Source of the DNA: an uncultured bacterium
Lineage (GTDB): Bacteria > Verrucomicrobiota > Verrucomicrobiia > Limisphaerales > UBA8199
Length of the DNA: 64,000 nt
Reading direction: 5' to 3'
NCBI GenBank assembly: GCA_963749495.1
Contig: CAVVMW010000012.1
Span: forward strand, 384,001-448,000
The notes beneath the pieces were generated by a model. That model had not been told where the DNA came from. It searched no databases and saw only the letters and a list, made by a program, of their open reading frames with translations. Position numbers and translations under genes: made by a program. Below, piece by piece: positions 59,006 to 64,000 of this stretch; the stretch's first letter is position 1; each line of letters opens with the position of its first letter.

Positions 59006-59179
59006 GGCGTTTCCCGACACTGCCCCCGGAGTGCGCCCGTCCCCGGGCGCAGCAGCGTCGGAGCGGGCAGGCGCGCTGGGGTACTCGACCGCTGCCCCGG
59101 CTGCGGACGCTGCTGCGCCCGAGGACGGGCGCACTCCCATCTCGCCGCAGCCGGCGGGGGCGGTGTCGGGATACGCCCC
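59006..59179. mobile_element. GGGCGCATCC-TIR element, cargo type A, copy 2
   Basis: GGCGTTTCCCGACAC...GTGTCGGGATACGCC; internal sequence colinear with 36407-36579. Confidence 0.75.
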
Positions 59180-59227
59180 CGGACTTGACGGATGGCGGGA
59201 CCCGGGCGACGGTGCGGTGCATCCGTT

Positions 59228-59601
59228 ATGAAAGTGCTTATCGTCTATTACTCTTTGAATTGATCGACAGCACCGCCGAACTCTGGCTCAAGGGCGAGAT
59301 GGAAGGCAAGCCCGCCGGCGTGTTCACCTCGACGGCCTCGACTCACGGCGGACAGGAGACCACCTTGCTCAGCATGATGATCCCCCTCCTGCACCTGGGC
59401 ATGGTGATCGTGGGGCTGCCTTATTCACTGCCCGGCATGATCCACACCGAGGCCCGCGGCGGCACGCCCTACGGCGCGACCAGCATCGCCGGCCCCAGGG
59501 GCGAATTGGAACCGAGACCCGAAGACCTCCAATTGGCCGAGGCCCTGGGCAGGAGAGTGGCCGAGACCGCAGTCAAGCTCTGCCGCCCCGCTTCGAGTTA
59601 G
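59228..59601 (+). pseudogene. wrbA: WrbA NAD(P)H:quinone oxidoreductase with an internal deletion
   Basis: MKVLIVYYS joined out of frame to LIDSTAELW...FTSTASTHGGQETT...GGTPYGA. Confidence 0.85.
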
Positions 59602-59751
59602 ATGACGCGCCGATGACCTTCGGGATGGGTTCGGCATGCGGGCGTTGCGCCCGGTCGTTCATGCCGTTGTGGCACTCACCAGGAGCGCCCCTGCCCCGGG
59701 TCGAACGCGCGGCCGGCTTGTCTTTTCCGGCGATCCCATTATCCTGCCGTG

Positions 59752-60432
59752 ATGAATGACAACAGGAGCACCTTCATCAAGGAGGACCCGTGGCGGATTT
59801 TCCGCATCATGGCGGAGTTTGTGGATTCGTTCGAGACGCTCTCGCAGGTAGGCCCCGGGGTCACGATCTTTGGCTCGGCCCGCCTGTTGCCCAGCGATCC
59901 GTATTACCAGGCGGCGGTGGAACTGGCCAAGGGCCTGGCCAGGCATAACCTGGCTATCATCACCGGCGGCGGCCCCGGCATCATGGAGGCGGCCAACAAG
60001 GGCGCCGCGCTGGCCAAGGGCAAATCGGTGGGCCTGAACATCCAGTTGCCCCGCGAGCAGACGGCCAATCGCTTCGCCAACGTCCCGATCAATTTCCACT
60101 ACTTCTTTGCCCGCAAGGTCTGCTTCGTCAAATACAGCGTCGGCTTTGTCTTCATGCCCGGCGGGTTCGGCACCCTGGACGAGTTTTTCGAGGTCCTGAC
60201 CCTGGTGCAGACGGAGCGGATCCCGGCCTTCCCGCTCATCCTATTCGGGAGCAAGCATTGGAAGGGCCTGGTGCGCTGGATGAAAGAGCGCGTGGAAAAC
60301 ACCCAGTACATCAGCCCCGGCGACCTCGACCTTTTCAAAATCACCGACGACCCGCAGGAGGCGATCGAAATCATCCTGGAATACGAACGCCGCGTCGGCC
60401 CGCCCGAGAAGGTCCCCAAGGCGTTTGCGTGA
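59752..60432 (+). CDS. LOG family protein (TIGR00730-like)
   Basis: FGSAR, TGGGPGIMEAAN and PGGFGTLDE. Confidence 0.95.
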   Translation: MNDNRSTFIKEDPWRIFRIMAEFVDSFETLSQVGPGVTIFGSARLLPSDPYYQAAVELAKGLARHNLAIITGGGPGIMEAANKGAALAKGKSVGLNIQLPREQTANRFANVPINFHYFFARKVCFVKYSVGFVFMPGGFGTLDEFFEVLTLVQTERIPAFPLILFGSKHWKGLVRWMKERVENTQYISPGDLDLFKITDDPQEAIEIILEYERRVGPPEKVPKAFA

Positions 60433-61690
60433 GCGTGTATCACATCAGCCGGCTTGAGAACGGCCTGACCGTCGCCACGGCGGAGATGCCGCACATGCGG
60501 AGCGTGAGCGTCGGGTTGTGGCTGGGCATCGGCGCGCGCTATGAGCCGGCGCCGCTGAGCGGGGTCTGCCATTTCATCGAGCACCTCCTCTTCAAGGGCA
60601 CCGAGAAGCGTTCGGCCAAGGAGATTTCCCAGGCCGTCGAGGGGATAGGCGGCTATCTCAATGCCTTCACCAGCGAGGAGACCACCTGCTACCACGCCCG
60701 CGCGTGCGCCGAGCGTTTCGAGGAGTTGCTGGACGTGTTGATGGACATGGCCCACGACTCGAAGTTCCGCCCGGCCGACATCGCCAAGGAACGCGAGGTG
60801 ATCAAGGAAGAGATGGCCATGTACCTGGACGAGCCGCAACACCAGGTCCAGGAGTTGCTCAACGCCACAATGTGGCCCGGCCAGCCCCTGGGCCGGTCCA
60901 TCACCGGCACCAACCGCACCCTCGACGCCATGGCGCGCCCGCACCTGGTCGGCTATCTCCAGAGCAACTACGTGGCAGCCACCACGCTGGTTGTCGCCGC
61001 GGGCAACCTCAAGCACCGCCACGCCGTCCGCGCGACAGCGCGCTATGCCCACCGGTTCCGGACCGGTGCGCCCGCGCAGTTTGCCCCGGCCCGCAACGCG
61101 CAGCAGGCGCCCCGGGTGCGGCTCCTCACCAAGCGGACCGAGCAGACCCAAATCGCCCTGGGCATTCGCACCTGCTCGCGCCACGACCGGCGCCGCTATG
61201 CCCTGCGCCTGCTCAGCACCGTCCTGGGCGAGAACATGAGTTCGCGCCTCTTCCAGGTCATCCGCGAAGACCGCGCCCTGGCCTATTCCATCTATAGCAG
61301 CCCCAGCTTTTTCCATGACACCGGCGACCTGGTCATCTCCGCAGGCCTGGACACCGACAACCTGCCCAAGACACTTCGGCTGGTGATGCGCGAATTGGGG
61401 CGGCTCATCAACTCGGCCCCCGCCGCCGCCGAACTGCGCCGCGCCCGCGATTATGTCATCGGCCAGATTGACCTCTCCCTCGAAAGCACGGACAGCCAGA
61501 TGAACTGGCTGGCCGAACAGCTCCTGGGTTATGGCCGGGTCTATCAGCCCGCCGCCATCAAACGCCGCCTGGGCGAGGTCACCCCGGGCGAAATCCGGGC
61601 CGTCGCCGGCGACTTCTTCCGCCCCGAGCGCCTGAACCTGGCGCTGGTCAGCCCCTTGAAAAAGGCGATTCCGCTGCCGTTGCGGAATTC
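60429..61690 (+). CDS. M16 family zinc peptidase (no stop before rpmI as assembled)
   Basis: HFIEH (HXXEH), NAFTS and SSRLFQVIREDRALAYS. Confidence 0.9.
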
Positions 61691-61967
61691 GGGTGTAGAA
61701 GAGAAATCTGCACAAAATGGATTTTGCCGGGCTTTCGTCACAGAAAGTGGCCAGGAGTCCAAATCCGAACGTGGCATGGACCCGACCGATGGCGCCGCAT
61801 CAGGCCGCCTCTTCGTTTCCTTCGTTTCCTTCTGTTCTTTTCCTGCGTCCCGCCGGCTGGGCACAGGAACAAAACAGAAGGAAACGAAGGAAACGAAGGA
61901 TCGAAGGCCCGGATCGACTCTGAGGTTTGCGATCCGGAAGTCCAAGAACAATTCAATTCTGTACGGC
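61691..61967. mobile_element. About 270-bp MITE-like element, copy 2 (inverted)
   Basis: Flanks are the reverse complement of 53816-54088. Confidence 0.8.
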
Positions 61968-61980
61968 GCCAAAATACTTC

Positions 61981-62009
61981 TTGATTCCCCGGTGGGGCCA
62001 ACCTATATT
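61981..62009 (+). promoter_or_regulatory. Sigma70 promoter of rpmI-rplT
   Basis: TTGATT-N17-TATATT. Confidence 0.7.
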
Positions 62010-62042
62010 GCGCGCTCCTTTGGAAGAAAGTTGATTGTTTTT

Positions 62043-62252
62043 ATGCGACGCCCAAAAGGCATCAAGACCAAGAAATCCGTGGCCAAGCGCTTCAAGATCA
62101 CGGCGCGCGGCAAGGTGCTGGCCTCCAGCGCCGGCAAGCGGCACTTGTTGCAGACCAAGAGCCCCAAGCGCCGTCGCAACCTGCGCGGCACTCACCGGGT
62201 GGACCCGACCGACGAATACCGGGTCACGCAGAACCTGCCCTTCAGCCATTGA
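62043..62252 (+). CDS. rpmI: 50S ribosomal protein L35
   Basis: KTKKSVAKRFKITARGKV...GKRHLL..KSPKRRRNL. Confidence 0.95.
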   Translation: MRRPKGIKTKKSVAKRFKITARGKVLASSAGKRHLLQTKSPKRRRNLRGTHRVDPTDEYRVTQNLPFSH

Positions 62253-62302
62253 CGCCGGCCTGGCCCCCAACCTCACTTTAACTCTCAACCCTCGCCCCCA
62301 CC

Positions 62303-62674
62303 ATGCGAATCACCAACGCCGCCGCCTCCCGCAAACGCCGCACCCGGATGATCCGGGCCGCCAAGGGCTTCCGGATGCGCCGCTCCAAGCTCTACCGTTA
62401 CGCCTCCGATGCCCTGGACCATGGCCGCTACTATGCCTATCGCGACCGCCGCGTCAAGAAGCGCACCTACCGCGCCCTCTGGCAGGTCCGCATCAACGCC
62501 GGCGCCCGCGCCGCCGGCATCACCTACAGCCGGCTCATCGAGGGCCTCAAGGCCGCCAAGGTCGCCCTGGACCGCAAGATCCTCGCCGACCTCGCCGCCA
62601 CCGACAACGCAGCGTTTAGCGAAGTGGTCAAAATCGCCCAGGACGCGTTGAAGGCCAAAGCCGCCAAGGCTTGA
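62303..62674 (+). CDS. rplT: 50S ribosomal protein L20
   Basis: AKGF, YAYRDRR, RALWQVRINA and LDRKILADLA. Confidence 0.97.
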   Translation: MRITNAAASRKRRTRMIRAAKGFRMRRSKLYRYASDALDHGRYYAYRDRRVKKRTYRALWQVRINAGARAAGITYSRLIEGLKAAKVALDRKILADLAATDNAAFSEVVKIAQDALKAKAAKA

Positions 62675-62711
62675 CATTTCCAACTTCCAATTGCCAATTG
62701 CAGTTGGCGAT

Positions 62712-62747
62712 GGGCGACCCCTGAGCAGGCTCGCCCTTTTTATTTTA
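62712..62747 (+). terminator. Terminator or attenuator between rplT and pheS
   Basis: GGGCGA...TCGCCC stem followed by TTTTTATTTT. Confidence 0.6.
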
Positions 62748-63799
62748 TGGCTGGAATCCTCGACCAAATCGGACCGCTCAAAGAGTCGGCCCTGTCCGAG
62801 CTGCGGGCCGTGCCGGACCTGGCCGCGCTGGACCAGGCGCGCGTCAATTATCTCGGTTCGCACGGCAAGTTCACGGCGCTCATCAAGCAACTGGGCACAC
62901 TGCCCAAGGAGGAGAAACCCGCCGCCGGCAAGGCCCTCAACGCTGCCAAGGTGGAACTGGAGGCCGCCCTGGCCCGGCGCCGCAGCGAACTGGAACTGGA
63001 GGCCGCCCTGCCCAAGGAACCGGCCGATCTCACGCTGCCCGGCCGCCGGCGCGCCCTGGGCAAGCTGCACCCTCTCACCCAGGTGACCGAGGACATTGTC
63101 CGCAGCTTTCGCAAGCTGGGGTTTGTCGTCGCCGACGGCCCCGAGGTCGAGGACGAGTATCATTGTTTCGACGCGCTGAACACGCCGGCCGACCACCCGG
63201 CGCGCGATACCCAGGACACGTTTTATCTGGGCGCCTGCGCCCCGGCCGGCTCCCCTTCAGCCCCCGGCCCCGCCGAGCCGGCCCCGCGTCTGCTCCTGCG
63301 CACGCACACCTCCTCGGTCCAGATCCGGGTCATGGAAAAGCAGCCGCCGCCGGTCCGCATCATCGTGCCGGGCCGGGTCTATCGCCGCGACAACGCCGAC
63401 GCCACCCATAATCCCACGTTCCACCAGGTCGAGGGCCTCTATGTGGACCGGAACGTGACGGTGGGCAACCTCAAGGGCACGGTTCAGTTTGTCTTCAGGG
63501 AATTGATGGGGCCGGAGACGCGCATCCGGTTCCGGCCGCATTACTTCAGCTATACCGAGCCGAGTTTCGAGATCGATTTCAGCAGCGCGCTCACGCGCAA
63601 GATGGGCAAGGAATGGCTCGAAATCGCCGGCTGCGGCATGGTACACCCGCAAGTCCTGGAAAACGTCGGCTACGACCCCGAGGTCTGGACCGCCTGGGCC
63701 TTCGGCTTCGGCATCGAGCGCATCGCCATGATCCGGTACGGGATCAATGACATACGGTTGTTCTATGAGAATGATCAGCGATTTTTGAAGCAGTTCTGA
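62747..63799 (+). CDS. pheS: Phenylalanyl-tRNA synthetase alpha subunit
   Basis: HPAR, LRTHTS, FHQVEG, TEPS and FGFGIER. Confidence 0.98.
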   Translation: MAGILDQIGPLKESALSELRAVPDLAALDQARVNYLGSHGKFTALIKQLGTLPKEEKPAAGKALNAAKVELEAALARRRSELELEAALPKEPADLTLPGRRRALGKLHPLTQVTEDIVRSFRKLGFVVADGPEVEDEYHCFDALNTPADHPARDTQDTFYLGACAPAGSPSAPGPAEPAPRLLLRTHTSSVQIRVMEKQPPPVRIIVPGRVYRRDNADATHNPTFHQVEGLYVDRNVTVGNLKGTVQFVFRELMGPETRIRFRPHYFSYTEPSFEIDFSSALTRKMGKEWLEIAGCGMVHPQVLENVGYDPEVWTAWAFGFGIERIAMIRYGINDIRLFYENDQRFLKQF

Positions 63800-63806
63800 G
63801 GTCATA

Positions 63807-63969
63807 ATGCCGCTCAAGGTGTACATCGAGACGACGATCCCGAGCTTTTATTTCCATTCGTCTGGCCAACCCAAACAAATTCCGCCATATTGAGAGCATA
63901 AACAAGCGGCTAAGGCTGCCCGTGCCGGCCGTCGTTACGCCGCTCCAACTATTGGGAGAGACTGTATGA
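63807..63969 (+). pseudogene. PIN-domain toxin with a large internal deletion, followed by the start of a small partner ORF at 63966
   Basis: MPLKVYIETTIPSFYF joined out of frame to LANPNKFRHIESIN...PAVVTPLQLLG; then MKAHRDEAIAE. Confidence 0.75.
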
Positions 63970-64000
63970 AAGCGCATCGAGACGAAGCGATTGCCGAAGT

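Noticed and set aside
63230..63290. Pro/Ala-rich insert in PheS as a mobile repeat
   Set aside because: Lies in a normally variable loop and matches none of the repeat families seen here.

Overview
High-GC bacterial chromosomal window. The gene styles and repeat families suggest Verrucomicrobiota subdivision 3 (Pedosphaera/Limisphaera-like), which is my inference. Core genes are dnaE (5' part), thiD, metK-ahcY, a LOG family gene, an M16 peptidase and rpmI-rplT-pheS. Accessory blocks are an R-M island, a LysR-RND efflux operon, two arylsulfotransferase-like genes with a sigma54 two-component system, a second sigma54 two-component/beta-barrel operon, a GH172-DUF6786-FucP sugar locus, a large Ig-repeat surface protein, an SPT-like gene with an SDR, and gpgS with a HAD gene. 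There are many toxin-antitoxin modules, most with deleted toxins. About 8 single-base frameshifts look like long-read errors. No tRNA, rRNA or CRISPR array was recognised. Best candidates for new biology: (1) five unrelated secreted proteins share a C-terminal S-x-D/N-L-x-x-W...F-Y-R domain, a candidate sorting signal, and two of their loci share a sigma54 promoter plus a tandem GGG-N8-CCC enhancer; (2) an apparently autoregulated Dam-type methylase whose NotI-like partner seems to have been replaced by a HaeII-like nuclease; (3) several palindromic or MITE families that insert in frame into genes, swap internal cargo or flip their core; (4) frequent apparently leaderless promoters. All family assignments come from motif recognition by eye; no database searches were run.
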